Below are positions 17,299-27,188 of a stretch of DNA of 64,000 nucleotides, piece after piece (position 1 is the stretch's first letter; every line of letters starts with the position of its first letter). Both the position numbers and the translations under genes were made by a program. The stretch spans positions 248,001 through 312,000 of the IMG/VR virus record IMGVR_UViG_3300030385_002649; one strand, 5' to 3'. The notes under the pieces are model-generated. The model ran no database searches, had not been told where the DNA came from, and saw only the letters and a list, made by a program, of their open reading frames with translations.

Positions 17299-18361
17299 AG
17301 ACCTAGAACTGTCAAAAGACAGAGGTGAAGCATTTATCCAGATCTTAGATATCGTAAACGGTGAATTCGGAGCAGGAACTCTCACCACAGGAAAAGACAA
17401 TCAGCGGATCGAATGTGACGTCATTCCAACTGGCGCTCTAGCAATTGACCTTGCTATTGAAGCCGGTGGAGTCCCCAGAGGAAAGATCACAGAGATTTAT
17501 GGTCCATACTCTTCTGGAAAGACTACTCTAGCGCTCTCTGTAGCCGCTCAAGCCCAAAAAGCCGGTGGAAAAGTGGCTTTCATCGATGCTGAGCACGCTC
17601 TAGATCCGAAATGGGCAGGAACGATTGGCGTCAACATGGACGACCTCGTCATTTCTCAGCCAGACTACGGCGAGCAAGCCCTCACTATTTTAGAAAAGTT
17701 GACAAGGTCTGGGGCATTCGATTTAATCATCATCGACTCCGTCCCAGCGCTCGTACCAAAGGCTGAAATCGAAGGCCAAGTCGGGGACCACCACGTCGGA
17801 GCACAAGCTAGGATGATGTCCCAAGCTTTGAGAATGCTAGTCGGCGCTGTTAGTAGAAGCAGGACTGCAATTATCTTCATTAACCAAATCCGGGAAAAGA
17901 TCGGCGTCATGTTCGGATCACCAGAGACTACACCAGGAGGCAGGGCCTTGAGGTTCTACTCAGCAGTCCGACTCGATGTGCGAAAGATTGGAGTTATTAA
18001 GGATGGGACCACACCAATCGCAAACCAATGTAAAGTTACTGTCAAGAAGAATAAGATCGGGAGACCCTTCAGGGTTGCCGAGTTTAAGATTGGTTACGAT
18101 TGCGGCGTCGATTCTTTAGCTTCTCTCGTAGATGTTGGAGTTAATTTAGGGGTCATCCGTAAGGCTGGCGGAAATCATTATTTCACTGGCGCTGGTGCGA
18201 AAGAAGAGACGAAGCTTGGATCATCAGAGGCCACAGCCCTCACTTTCCTCAACGAAAACTCTGCTATATTCGACGAAATCGAAATGACGGTTCACCAAAA
18301 AATAATGGGAACCGAAGATGCCGATACGGAAGAAGACGGTTTCGACCAAGAAGAAGATTAA
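17273..18361 (+). CDS. recA: RecA recombinase
   Basis: GPYSSGKTT, AFIDAEHALDP, SQPDYGEQAL, QARMMSQALR, FINQIREKIGVMFGSPETTPGGRALRFY. Confidence 0.97.
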   Translation: MAKKKVASKDLELSKDRGEAFIQILDIVNGEFGAGTLTTGKDNQRIECDVIPTGALAIDLAIEAGGVPRGKITEIYGPYSSGKTTLALSVAAQAQKAGGKVAFIDAEHALDPKWAGTIGVNMDDLVISQPDYGEQALTILEKLTRSGAFDLIIIDSVPALVPKAEIEGQVGDHHVGAQARMMSQALRMLVGAVSRSRTAIIFINQIREKIGVMFGSPETTPGGRALRFYSAVRLDVRKIGVIKDGTTPIANQCKVTVKKNKIGRPFRVAEFKIGYDCGVDSLASLVDVGVNLGVIRKAGGNHYFTGAGAKEETKLGSSEATALTFLNENSAIFDEIEMTVHQKIMGTEDADTEEDGFDQEED

Positions 18362-19000
18362 ATGGGTTCAAAACCACTATTTAAACGAGGCGAAGTAACC
18401 TACCTTGCTAGCTCAACTATCATTGGTAGGCTAGATTCTTTTAAAATAAGTCACTCTAAACAGATCGGACCAGGAACTTGGGTATACCCAATTAGGATCG
18501 GCAAAAAGCCTCCTCACCGTTCTACTATAGGTGACACTTGGGATAAAAGAATTGATGAAGGCACTTTAGTCTATAACGAACCAGAACTCATCACGTTCTG
18601 CGAAGCTGTAGGCAGATGCATCAACGCTCTGAACAACCAAATAGCAAGTGTGATCGCAAAGCAGACAGCTAGTTGTTCTGGCACGGATGAACCTGTTAGA
18701 GATCCTTTTGAACCACGGTTTGAAATAGGGGAGTATATCCACATTGATGCAAGCGCAAGGATTGGATTCCTACAATGCGCTAAAGTGACCGGGGTTACCG
18801 AAATTGGTGTCCAACCAGGATCTAGGAAAGCAAGATTTGTATATTTCCTAGATATTACGAGAAACCACAGACCTCAGATCTATTATAGAGAAGATGAGTT
18901 GATCACGGAGTGTGAAGCTTGTAATAAAGTTCTGACGGCATTAGATGGGCAACTGCAAGATCTTGTTGAACAACGTGACATGAGGTGTCCTGGTATTTGA
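18362..19000 (+). CDS. hypothetical protein made of two homologous halves
   Basis: P.F..GE...Y.E.ELIT.CEA...AL..Q occurs twice. Confidence 0.65.
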   Translation: MGSKPLFKRGEVTYLASSTIIGRLDSFKISHSKQIGPGTWVYPIRIGKKPPHRSTIGDTWDKRIDEGTLVYNEPELITFCEAVGRCINALNNQIASVIAKQTASCSGTDEPVRDPFEPRFEIGEYIHIDASARIGFLQCAKVTGVTEIGVQPGSRKARFVYFLDITRNHRPQIYYREDELITECEACNKVLTALDGQLQDLVEQRDMRCPGI

Positions 19001-19005
19001 GGGAC

Positions 19006-20346
19006 ATGGTTGATGTCAAGGATATTGAAGAGGTCGGAACAGCAACGCCGTTCGGACCAGACACAGAAAAGGCAATCGTCTCTCTGTGTTTCGACGAACC
19101 GGAGTTTTTCTCTACAGTTGGAAAGCAACTAACATACAAGTATTTCCGGCTGGCAGAGACCAAATTCGTCATGGCTGTCGTTGAAAAGCTGATTGAGAAA
19201 CACGGCTTCGTACCGCCAAGACACGTCGTTCGCGATTACGCCCTAAAGCACTTCTCCACAGACGACGATTGGGAGCCCTTCCTAGAAGTGATCGATAGGG
19301 CGTCTAGCCCCAGAGAAGTCCCCTTTATCAAGGAAGAACTCACGAATTGGGCTAGAGACGCTGCTTACGGTTTGCTCTATGATGATGAGGCTATCGCGGC
19401 TTATGAGTCTAGAGATTATGAGGCACTACAAAATATCTTCGAAGAAGCACAAAGAATCTCAGACGTGTCTGCGAAAGGACTTTGGTTCTTCGATGAGATG
19501 GATCGAGTCTTCGACAAGGATATGACACCCAGCTATACCTGTGGTTTCTCTAAGATCGACCAGTCTATCGAAGGAGGAGGCCCGTCCAAGGGAGAGGTCT
19601 TCTGTTGGATGGCGGCTACCGGTGTCGGAAAGTCAATTCTGCTGCCTCACGCCGGAATCGCTAACATGAAACGAGGTTGCAAAGTCCTCCATGTTACGTT
19701 GGAACTCAGTGCTGTAAAGACTCAGCTGAGATATTCTGGTGCGATGTCTGATGTCGAGATCCATCGACGTTTTGAAGCTCCATTGAAAGAGAAAATGAAG
19801 TCTAAGGTCGAGTACTTTAGGAAGGCTTATGGAGGAGATCTAGTAATCTATGACCTCCCGCCTGACGAAACGACAGTAGACCACATTTATGCTCTGATCC
19901 ATCAGCTTAGGAAACAGAAAAACTGGAACCCAGACGTCTTAATCATTGATTATCTTGAACAACTGACTCCTCGACGCAGTGCGGATAACGAATATGCCAG
20001 ACAAAAGACCGTTACTACTGAAATTCGTGGTCTAGCTCGCCGTGAGAACGTTCTAATTTTCACTGCTACCCAAACTAATCGCCCTGACGATAACAAGGGT
20101 AAAGGTGGCGCACCTCAAGTGTCCGGAGTTAACAAGGTGGCCGAATCTTATGGAAAAATGATGCCTCTCGATTATGTTGTCAGCGCTAACCAGAGCGAAG
20201 AGGAGCGCAATAACAAAATCAAGACGATCCGGCTCTATATCGCTAAGAACCGTAACGGAGCACGAGACGTCCTCTGTACTATCAAGGTGAATTACACCAC
20301 AATGAAGATGGAACAGTTCTCAGCCAACAAGATTACCAAGAAATGA
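19006..20346 (+). CDS. replicative helicase (DnaB/T4 gp41-like)
   Basis: AATGVGKS, VTLE, IIDY, ATQTNR, IAKNRNG. ORF track start is 18985. Confidence 0.92.
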   Translation: MVDVKDIEEVGTATPFGPDTEKAIVSLCFDEPEFFSTVGKQLTYKYFRLAETKFVMAVVEKLIEKHGFVPPRHVVRDYALKHFSTDDDWEPFLEVIDRASSPREVPFIKEELTNWARDAAYGLLYDDEAIAAYESRDYEALQNIFEEAQRISDVSAKGLWFFDEMDRVFDKDMTPSYTCGFSKIDQSIEGGGPSKGEVFCWMAATGVGKSILLPHAGIANMKRGCKVLHVTLELSAVKTQLRYSGAMSDVEIHRRFEAPLKEKMKSKVEYFRKAYGGDLVIYDLPPDETTVDHIYALIHQLRKQKNWNPDVLIIDYLEQLTPRRSADNEYARQKTVTTEIRGLARRENVLIFTATQTNRPDDNKGKGGAPQVSGVNKVAESYGKMMPLDYVVSANQSEEERNNKIKTIRLYIAKNRNGARDVLCTIKVNYTTMKMEQFSANKITKK

Positions 20347-20738
20347 ACGTTGCAAGGTTAATATTCGAGTTCTTGTCTGAAAAAGGCTACTATTGTACTC
20401 ATCATGATTATGGGGCGCTTAGTTTTGGGTATGGGAAGCATTACGACGTTGTCACTCTAAGCTCTATGGAAGATTTAACGCTTAGCTTCTCAGACAATCA
20501 GATAACAGTTAAAAAAGAAGTGTTTAGAACGTTAAAGTCTGATGATTATTTATATCGAAACCCAACTTTTAAAGCTCTTGGTGTCGTTGATATTTATAAC
20601 TCAGATTCTCTCGATCAACTTCTAAAGATCTGTGTTGAGAACTACGGCAAGCCAAAACTTCTTGATCGAGTCGCTAGGACCATCAGAGGGGTGGGTAAAT
20701 ACTACAAGAAGTTTCGGAAGTTTAGGGAAAACAAATGA
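20343..20738 (+). CDS. hypothetical protein
   Basis: ATGA-coupled ORF. Confidence 0.6.
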   Translation: MNVARLIFEFLSEKGYYCTHHDYGALSFGYGKHYDVVTLSSMEDLTLSFSDNQITVKKEVFRTLKSDDYLYRNPTFKALGVVDIYNSDSLDQLLKICVENYGKPKLLDRVARTIRGVGKYYKKFRKFRENK

Positions 20739-21190
20739 AATATTATTACACTTGTGCGTCTAAAGAAAAGCGCTGTAGGATCGAAGACCTGCCCGAGGCA
20801 TTCTTCGAAGGTAAGATGAAAATCGAGTTAGCTGTGAAAGCTAGCGCTGTTGAGCGATCAGAAGACGGACGGATCGACACATTGTCACCCCTTGTTTGGA
20901 TTGTAGAACACCCAATGGCTGAACAACCAGAGCTAAAATGTTTAGTATGCGAAGGCGCAGCTCGTAAGGTGATGCAAAGAACTGGCGCTACGTATATTAG
21001 AGGGAATGGCTACCTCGATACGAAGGGCTGCAGAAGAGACATGAACTTGTACAAACTGCAAAAAGACGACCCTTACGGCCATATGAGGCAACCCGGCGAA
21101 AAGGACGACTTGGTCAACAAGATCAAGAAAGCCGGTAAGAAAAACAGCGCAAGACCTCAACACTTCTACCGAGGAATGAAGGGCAGCTAG
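20735..21190 (+). CDS. FmdB-like Zn-ribbon protein
   Basis: Y.Y.C....C ... H.M.E....C..C....KV ... G.G. Confidence 0.5.
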   Translation: MKYYYTCASKEKRCRIEDLPEAFFEGKMKIELAVKASAVERSEDGRIDTLSPLVWIVEHPMAEQPELKCLVCEGAARKVMQRTGATYIRGNGYLDTKGCRRDMNLYKLQKDDPYGHMRQPGEKDDLVNKIKKAGKKNSARPQHFYRGMKGS

Positions 21191-21200
21191 TCCTAAACCA

Positions 21201-22346
21201 ATGTACTTTATCCACTGTGCCTTTGATCGTAAACGAGAATTACCTCTGTATGCAGTCGTTTTCGATTCAGAAGAAAAAGACATCGACTTCTACCCGCTAT
21301 ATCTCAAAAGTGGAAAGACTAAGCTATACGAGGTCGAACAAAACTTCAAAACGATTAAGGGCATACTGTGCGATTATAAAGTAGTTGTATCGGGATTTAA
21401 AGATTACGTCAAGTGCTTCAAGTTAAATCATTTAGAAAAGCATCAAGTCTACGACGCTCCCGGTCTTCCTATTAGGGGCGTAGCAGAAGTCGTTCCAATG
21501 AAGAAACTTCTGATCGAAGGGTTGAAGAAATTCTTAGGGTGTGAAGCTCTATTATGGAACAAAGTCTTAGCTGATTCGCAGTTCGTCTATTCTCATCTAG
21601 AAACTGCAGGATATTGGCAAGATAAAGCTCGCAATCCGACTTATGAATTCGCCTATACCGGACGATCTAAGAGTATAGGGGACAACATCCAGGGTGCAAG
21701 CACTGGCGCAGAGATTTATTCTAACAACGTTAGACACGACACTTTTGTATGCTTCGACTGGATAGCTGCTGACTTGCGGGCCGCCTCTATTCTAAGCCAA
21801 GACGTGCAGTTGAAAAACTCTTTCATAGAGTCGGATCCGTACACGCATCTCCAACAACAATTAGCATCAAGCGAAATCACTCGTGAGGATTGTAAGCTAG
21901 AACTGTTTAGAAGCTTTTACTCTATCAATTATGAAAATCCCATCCTAGAGATCTATCCCGATTTCGCTAAGTGGATGAAGGAGACTAGTGATAAAATTGA
22001 GGAACAAGGTTATAGTGAATCGATCCTCAATCGCAAGTTTACAATTGAAAAAGAGAGGACTAAAAAGAGTTGTTTCAACGCTCAGGTGCAGGGTTCAGTA
22101 GCTCACGCTATGCAAAACACAATTTATAGGGTTTTTAAGGCTTATCCACAGAACCTTATGGCTGAGATTCATGATTCTCTTGTTTTGTCATGTCCTGCTA
22201 AAGCTGTTGACGAGATTATTCAGACAGTTTCTAAAATCATGCTGAAGCCTTTTGAAGGTATCTTACAAAGTAGTCCAACATTTCCTATTAAAGTCTTAAA
22301 AGGCAAAAAATGGAAGATGTGGGAAGAAGTGGCAGAATTCAGATGA
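21201..22346 (+). CDS. short family A DNA polymerase (polymerase domain only)
   Basis: YTGRS, motif A FDWIAADLR, motif B REDCK...F..FY, FNAQVQGS.AH, motif C IHDS. Confidence 0.8.
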   Translation: MYFIHCAFDRKRELPLYAVVFDSEEKDIDFYPLYLKSGKTKLYEVEQNFKTIKGILCDYKVVVSGFKDYVKCFKLNHLEKHQVYDAPGLPIRGVAEVVPMKKLLIEGLKKFLGCEALLWNKVLADSQFVYSHLETAGYWQDKARNPTYEFAYTGRSKSIGDNIQGASTGAEIYSNNVRHDTFVCFDWIAADLRAASILSQDVQLKNSFIESDPYTHLQQQLASSEITREDCKLELFRSFYSINYENPILEIYPDFAKWMKETSDKIEEQGYSESILNRKFTIEKERTKKSCFNAQVQGSVAHAMQNTIYRVFKAYPQNLMAEIHDSLVLSCPAKAVDEIIQTVSKIMLKPFEGILQSSPTFPIKVLKGKKWKMWEEVAEFR

Positions 22347-22831
22347 CATCTAAGAGAGAGCACTTAAACGTGATGTTTGGAGAAGAGCTTGTAGATCAGC
22401 TTTTTCGAGTCACAGTCACTCCCAAAACTGGAAAAAAGATTACGAGAGAATTCGCAGCCGATCTCCATATCGACTACGAAAACATCCAGCAAGAACTGAT
22501 TGAAGCACCGGCGATCTACGCATTCTGGTCTACAGTCCTGGCAAACCAAAGGCTCGTAGTCGACACTCTAAAGCAACAAGTTATTGCTAAGAGTGCTAAG
22601 ATCCAACAGCAAGTTATCGATGCCGCCAAAACTGGCGGCGTTAAAGTAGTGAAGTACCAGCTAGATGGCTTGGTTGAGGCTGACGATAGTGTCGTTAAGC
22701 TTCAAATGAGACTCGCGGTAGAAGAAAAAAGACTTAGCGTACTGTACGGCGTCATTAAGGGATTAGAGATCAAGTCTAACAACCTTAGGAGTCTTGCCGG
22801 GTTCGCTAAAATGGAAATGGAAAATTCATAA
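22343..22831 (+). CDS. UvsY-like recombination mediator
   Basis: helical protein of UvsY size (DL.ID..N...E...P..Y..W) next to the ssb and near recA. Confidence 0.55.
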   Translation: MTSKREHLNVMFGEELVDQLFRVTVTPKTGKKITREFAADLHIDYENIQQELIEAPAIYAFWSTVLANQRLVVDTLKQQVIAKSAKIQQQVIDAAKTGGVKVVKYQLDGLVEADDSVVKLQMRLAVEEKRLSVLYGVIKGLEIKSNNLRSLAGFAKMEMENS

Positions 22832-22901
22832 CCCCCATTATTTTCAATGTATTTAACATTGGTCGATAGAGACGTTTGCAATTATCATAGGAGAAGCAAA
22901 A

Positions 22902-23921
22902 ATGACAACTGATAAACGAAAAGAAATGCTTAAAAGAGTCCGAGAAAGAATGCTCAAGAAGAAGGGCGGTCGAAGACGTGATCCCGGCGAGTGGCGCGCA
23001 CCGAACCTTCCTCCAGGCGATTCAGAACTGAAGCTGAAGACAGCAATTTTGCCACCACTTTCTAAGGGCGACGTTTGCGCTGCCGGATCCGCCGAAAACG
23101 ACATGGAAGGTTTGTTCTTCATCCGTGTTGGCGATCACTGGATCAACAAGAAGAGGTTCCCATGCCCTCGTGTTTACGATTATGAGGAATGCCCTTATTG
23201 TCAGCTAGGCTTCGACCTGATGCAAGAGACGGACGATAAAGACGCTAAGCGAGAGATTGCCAAGCAGTATCTTCCTACTACGAAGTACGCCGTAAACATC
23301 TATTTCCCGAATGTAAAATCGAACCCAGAAGACCTTAGAGGCACGACTAAATGGTACGCTGTTCCTTCTACGATCTTCGATAAGTTCGATGAATGCATCA
23401 ACAATGACGATGAAGGCGACGACCCAGACGATCCTCAATCATTCGGATTGTTCTATGACGAGAACAACGCTTACTCATTTCAAATCCACATTTGCAAGAA
23501 CGGACAGTTCAACGATTATAAGGGCAGTAAGTTCCTCGTAACGTCGCTTGGCCCAATTGCTGATTCGGAAGAGGAAATCGAGAAGATTTTGGCAGCCCGT
23601 CACGATCTTGCGACCAAGTTCCCGGAACGTACAGCTGAAAACCTAGAAGCCCTTACAACGATGGTTAAGGAAATTCTAGAAGCTGACGGAGACGACGATG
23701 GAGATGGCTTCGACGCCGACGAGCAGAAGGAGTCGACCGCAGAGGACAAGCCAAAGCCAAAGCCTAAGCCAGCCAAGGCCAAAGCAGAGGACAAGCCAAA
23801 GCCTAAGGCTGCAAAGCCAGCCAAGGCGGATAGGGCCGACGCAGAAGAGACAGTTCTTGACTTGTCAGACAGCGACGACGAAGAGCTAAACGCACTGGTA
23901 AGCGAAATCACCAACGCTTAA
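22902..23921 (+). CDS. single-stranded DNA-binding protein, gp32-like
   Basis: ILPP, H...CP....CPYC, NDYKGSKF, KP-rich linker, acidic tail. Confidence 0.82.
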   Translation: MTTDKRKEMLKRVRERMLKKKGGRRRDPGEWRAPNLPPGDSELKLKTAILPPLSKGDVCAAGSAENDMEGLFFIRVGDHWINKKRFPCPRVYDYEECPYCQLGFDLMQETDDKDAKREIAKQYLPTTKYAVNIYFPNVKSNPEDLRGTTKWYAVPSTIFDKFDECINNDDEGDDPDDPQSFGLFYDENNAYSFQIHICKNGQFNDYKGSKFLVTSLGPIADSEEEIEKILAARHDLATKFPERTAENLEALTTMVKEILEADGDDDGDGFDADEQKESTAEDKPKPKPKPAKAKAEDKPKPKAAKPAKADRADAEETVLDLSDSDDEELNALVSEITNA

Positions 23922-23930
23922 TCACGCACG

Positions 23931-23967
23931 CGAGAGCCCGGGTTTAGTCCCGGGCTCTCGTTGTGTT
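23931..23967 (+). terminator. intrinsic terminator/attenuator hairpin
   Basis: CGAGAGCCCGGG-TTTAGT-CCCGGGCTCTCG (12-bp stem) then TTGTGTT, directly after the ssb gene. Confidence 0.75.
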
Positions 23968-23977
23968 AGGAGGTAAA

Positions 23978-24925
23978 ATGTACGATCACATCTTAATTGA
24001 CGGTAAGAACATGCTCTACAGAGCAATCTTCGCTGGTTATTCAGATATGAAATTCAGAGATTCAAAACACCACACGATCAATATCATCTTGCATTTTCTG
24101 ACATATTATGTTGATAAATTCAAACCAAAAAGGTTTCATGTGTTCTGGGACGCTCCCAGAACTAAAACCTGGAGACGCTTGTTAGATCCAGAATATAAGA
24201 ATAACCGAAATAACGAAGAGCAGAATAAAGGGAAAGAATTAGACGTCGACGCCATGCTCGCTAACCTCACAGAAGTTTGTACAGTGTTGTTCAAGAATAT
24301 GGCGATCAGACAATACTACCGAGAGGCTATGGAGGCTGACGATCTCATCTATGCATTTTGCAAGATGAACCCAAAGGATAAAATTCTAATCGTGTCGTCT
24401 GATGGTGACTTGAAACAAATTCCTTTTCAGATGGCTAATGTTGATGTCCATCACCCGCACGTTAAAAGACAACTGTTAGAAGAAGTTCCAGAACACGATC
24501 CTGTCCTAGTTAAGTCGTTTATGGGAGATAAGTCAGACAACATCGACGGATATTTCAAAGTGGGCCCCGTTAAAGCTAAATTGTTGTCAGAAGACACGAC
24601 TGCTCGACATGAGTTCTTCCAATCTGAAAAATCAATCATCAAGGTAGACGAAGATCGCCCTGTAGTTGGAAATCAGAGATTTAAAGAAAATCTGAGGCTC
24701 ATCGATTTGTCTTTGTGTCCTCATTTGCTAGACAATATGATATACGTCTCTAGCAAACAATTTAGGCCAAACCGGTTTGATTTAAACAAGATTAGAGAAG
24801 TTATCAGCAAATATAAGCTGCGGGGTGTTAGTGCCGGGGTAACTAGGTATATAGCACCTTTCAAAAGGCTCGTAGAGGTAACCGATGGCAGTAGCGTCAC
24901 ACGTAGCAGTTCTAAAACTAGTTAA
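23978..24925 (+). CDS. 5'-3' exonuclease / T4 RNase H-like flap endonuclease
   Basis: IDGKN.LYR, WD, YK.NR, EADD, SSDGDL, GDKSDNIDG...VGP; AGGAGG RBS. Confidence 0.92.
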   Translation: MYDHILIDGKNMLYRAIFAGYSDMKFRDSKHHTINIILHFLTYYVDKFKPKRFHVFWDAPRTKTWRRLLDPEYKNNRNNEEQNKGKELDVDAMLANLTEVCTVLFKNMAIRQYYREAMEADDLIYAFCKMNPKDKILIVSSDGDLKQIPFQMANVDVHHPHVKRQLLEEVPEHDPVLVKSFMGDKSDNIDGYFKVGPVKAKLLSEDTTARHEFFQSEKSIIKVDEDRPVVGNQRFKENLRLIDLSLCPHLLDNMIYVSSKQFRPNRFDLNKIREVISKYKLRGVSAGVTRYIAPFKRLVEVTDGSSVTRSSSKTS

Positions 24926-25160
24926 CATCAATGGTATTGGTGCAGTCGTAGACAAATCAGATCCTGCAACAACATTGCAGGACATCGTAAAGGCCCCTGG
25001 CACCGAATTTAGAGTTGTTGAAAACGGCACTGGAGCCGCCGAATCGCTAAACGCTGTTGGTTTCAAAACCGTTGCGGCATACTTAGAAGCAGAAGCAAGC
25101 TCAGGATACGCCTTGGCCCATATGGACCAAACCTGGATCATTACACAGATGATTACGTAA
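24885..25160 (+). CDS. hypothetical protein
   Basis: GAGG RBS. Confidence 0.55.
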   Translation: MAVASHVAVLKLVNINGIGAVVDKSDPATTLQDIVKAPGTEFRVVENGTGAAESLNAVGFKTVAAYLEAEASSGYALAHMDQTWIITQMIT

Positions 25161-25330
25161 TGATTGAAAGAAAATGGGTTTCATACAAAGAGCCAGACAG
25201 CCTGCCGCTTCTTCCGGGCGAAATATCAATCGTAGACCCTAACACCTTTAAGATTGAACGAGTGCCCCGTGCATCTCTCGAACCAATTTACCGTGACGGC
25301 GGTAAAATTGTTGCTTATAGGAAGAAATAG
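25160..25330 (+). CDS. small hypothetical protein (56 aa)
   Basis: translated by hand (MIERKWVSYKEP...RKK); TAATG-coupled and fills the gap. Confidence 0.5.
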   Translation: MIERKWVSYKEPDSLPLLPGEISIVDPNTFKIERVPRASLEPIYRDGGKIVAYRKK

Positions 25331-25351
25331 ACTCTAATTGTATATAGGTTT

Positions 25352-25942
25352 ATGACCGATTTCTCAGCAATTGGACGAAGATCTAAAAGAAAAGGGAAAA
25401 CGTATGAAAGGAGGGTATCCAAATTGCTTACTGAGTATACTGAAGTTAGTTTTAGATCTACGCCTTCGAGCGGTGGGTTCAACAAATTTGGTGGAGTTGC
25501 GATCAGAGAAGAGTTATTTTGCGGCGACGTCATTTCGGATAGCAAAGATTTTAAGTTCTGCATCGAAGCTAAAAATCGTGAAGAGTTTACCTTCGAAAGC
25601 ATCCTAAAAAATCCGAACACCGCTCCCTTCACGATTTGGTGGCATCAATGTTGCGACGACGCCGAAAGAGTAAACTTACTCCCAATGTTGTTCTTTAAGC
25701 CGGATAGGCAAGCGGACTTTATCGCTGTTAGATTATCGGATTTTAAAGACGATTTGGAAAAAATTCCACATTTTAGAATAGCCGCATACGATGGTGTTCC
25801 TCTCTCTATAAAAATGAGGGACGGTAAACAGGTCACTATCCTAGATGTCGAGCTTGAAACTCCATGCATCATAAATTGGAAAGACTTTATTAAAGCTTAC
25901 CCAGCAGAGGAAATGTTCAATGGCATGTTGCGGCAAGAGTAA
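25352..25942 (+). CDS. Holliday junction resolvase, PD-(D/E)xK
   Basis: KGKTYER, RSTPSSGG, GD, IEAKN, WWHQ. Confidence 0.82.
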   Translation: MTDFSAIGRRSKRKGKTYERRVSKLLTEYTEVSFRSTPSSGGFNKFGGVAIREELFCGDVISDSKDFKFCIEAKNREEFTFESILKNPNTAPFTIWWHQCCDDAERVNLLPMLFFKPDRQADFIAVRLSDFKDDLEKIPHFRIAAYDGVPLSIKMRDGKQVTILDVELETPCIINWKDFIKAYPAEEMFNGMLRQE

Positions 25943-26141
25943 GAATAAAAAGCTTCAAAAACAAAGAGCGGGCTCCCAAGGAGTCAAGTGGAATGGAAAA
26001 GTCTGTCCGAAATGCGGATGGGTCATGAACAGAGTCCACAAATACGACCAAACTACCAAATCGATGACAAAACAATGGATTTGTCCAAATAAGGCCGTCT
26101 CTACAGGTAGGCCATGCAACTATAGAGAAAATGTTCTATGA
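25920..26141 (+). CDS. small Zn-ribbon protein
   Basis: CPKC...C...CNYRE. Confidence 0.55.
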   Translation: MACCGKSKNKKLQKQRAGSQGVKWNGKVCPKCGWVMNRVHKYDQTTKSMTKQWICPNKAVSTGRPCNYRENVL

Positions 26142-26509
26142 TGAGCGCAATCGGCCTTTGGATTCTAGCCATCTTATTCGTGGAAGCCGTGACGGAAATT
26201 TTGGTTGCTGGTGCTGTGTTCGACAACGTTAGAAAATTGCTTTTTGAATTTAGCGGTTTTACTGCGAAACTAATATCGTGTGGATATTGTCTATCTGTGT
26301 GGGTGGCTTTCGCAGTGTCTTGGGTGGTCCCGACTGGCATAGACAACATTGTTGGGAGTATGGTCTTGTCTACTTTCGCTCTACACAGACTTTCTAACAT
26401 TTTCCACGAGTTTGCTGTGCGATGGCTAAATAGGGTGCCATGGACCGTGCAGTTGAACCAAATTCAACATGTGATAGTGCCAGGAATGGAAGACGAAAAC
26501 GATGGATGA
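26138..26509 (+). CDS. membrane protein (DUF1360-like)
   Basis: hydrophobic segments; LISCGYCLSVW. Confidence 0.6.
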   Translation: MMSAIGLWILAILFVEAVTEILVAGAVFDNVRKLLFEFSGFTAKLISCGYCLSVWVAFAVSWVVPTGIDNIVGSMVLSTFALHRLSNIFHEFAVRWLNRVPWTVQLNQIQHVIVPGMEDENDG

Positions 26510-27032
26510 ATCATACCAAAAAATGTTACATGGTCGCTTAGATGCTAGGGGCCCTGACATTGCTGCTCCAGCGCCAATTAAAGTGAACACCCTAAAGGAC
26601 TTGTATACGGTCATCAGGGATATTCAACCTGTCTCTGTCAAGGATAGCACTAAAATCGTGCACATGGAAAATATCGAAGATCCTAAAGGGAATAAGTACA
26701 AGTCCTTCCCAGTCAAGATTACTGACGATGGTCAACCCATGGCTAGGAAACTGCTCGTTGATGGATTTGAACTTTTGAAAAGACAGCAAGAGTTCAATGA
26801 CGGCGCTGGAGTTTATGAAGAGGATATTGAAGAATATGGCGGCTTCTTGCCAGCTGCGACTCCTAACGATGAGGTGGGAGCTAGTTGGGTTACTTCCTTT
26901 GTATCTAAACATCTAGACGGCAAAATCGACGGGCTATCTGTAATCTGGGAAATCCCAGAAGGAAAATTCAGATTGAATCCGTGGACTGGAGCCCTAACAA
27001 AGGTCGTGAAGGGTGCTCCCGGTACTACTTAA
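26502..27032 (+). CDS. hypothetical protein
   Basis: ORF within the operon. Confidence 0.6.
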   Translation: MDESYQKMLHGRLDARGPDIAAPAPIKVNTLKDLYTVIRDIQPVSVKDSTKIVHMENIEDPKGNKYKSFPVKITDDGQPMARKLLVDGFELLKRQQEFNDGAGVYEEDIEEYGGFLPAATPNDEVGASWVTSFVSKHLDGKIDGLSVIWEIPEGKFRLNPWTGALTKVVKGAPGTT

Positions 27033-27188
27033 AACAGCAGTTGTTGGTCTAGCCTTAGCGTCTTTGTGGTTTTGGGTTTTCACCATCTCTTCAAAGACGT
27101 GCGACCGAAGAGTCCTTAAATTCTGGCTTAAAGTCATCGTTTTGCAAGGGTTCGTTATTGCTTACTCCCTCAACTTGCTTGGTATAAT

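Noticed and set aside
23735-23830. Direct repeats in the ssb gene as a regulatory element
   Set aside because: They encode the AEDKPKP low-complexity linker.
27158-27188. Sigma70 promoter TTGCTT...TGGTATAAT
   Set aside because: The spacer is 19 nt and TATAAT abuts the ATG at 27189, so transcription would start inside the gene.
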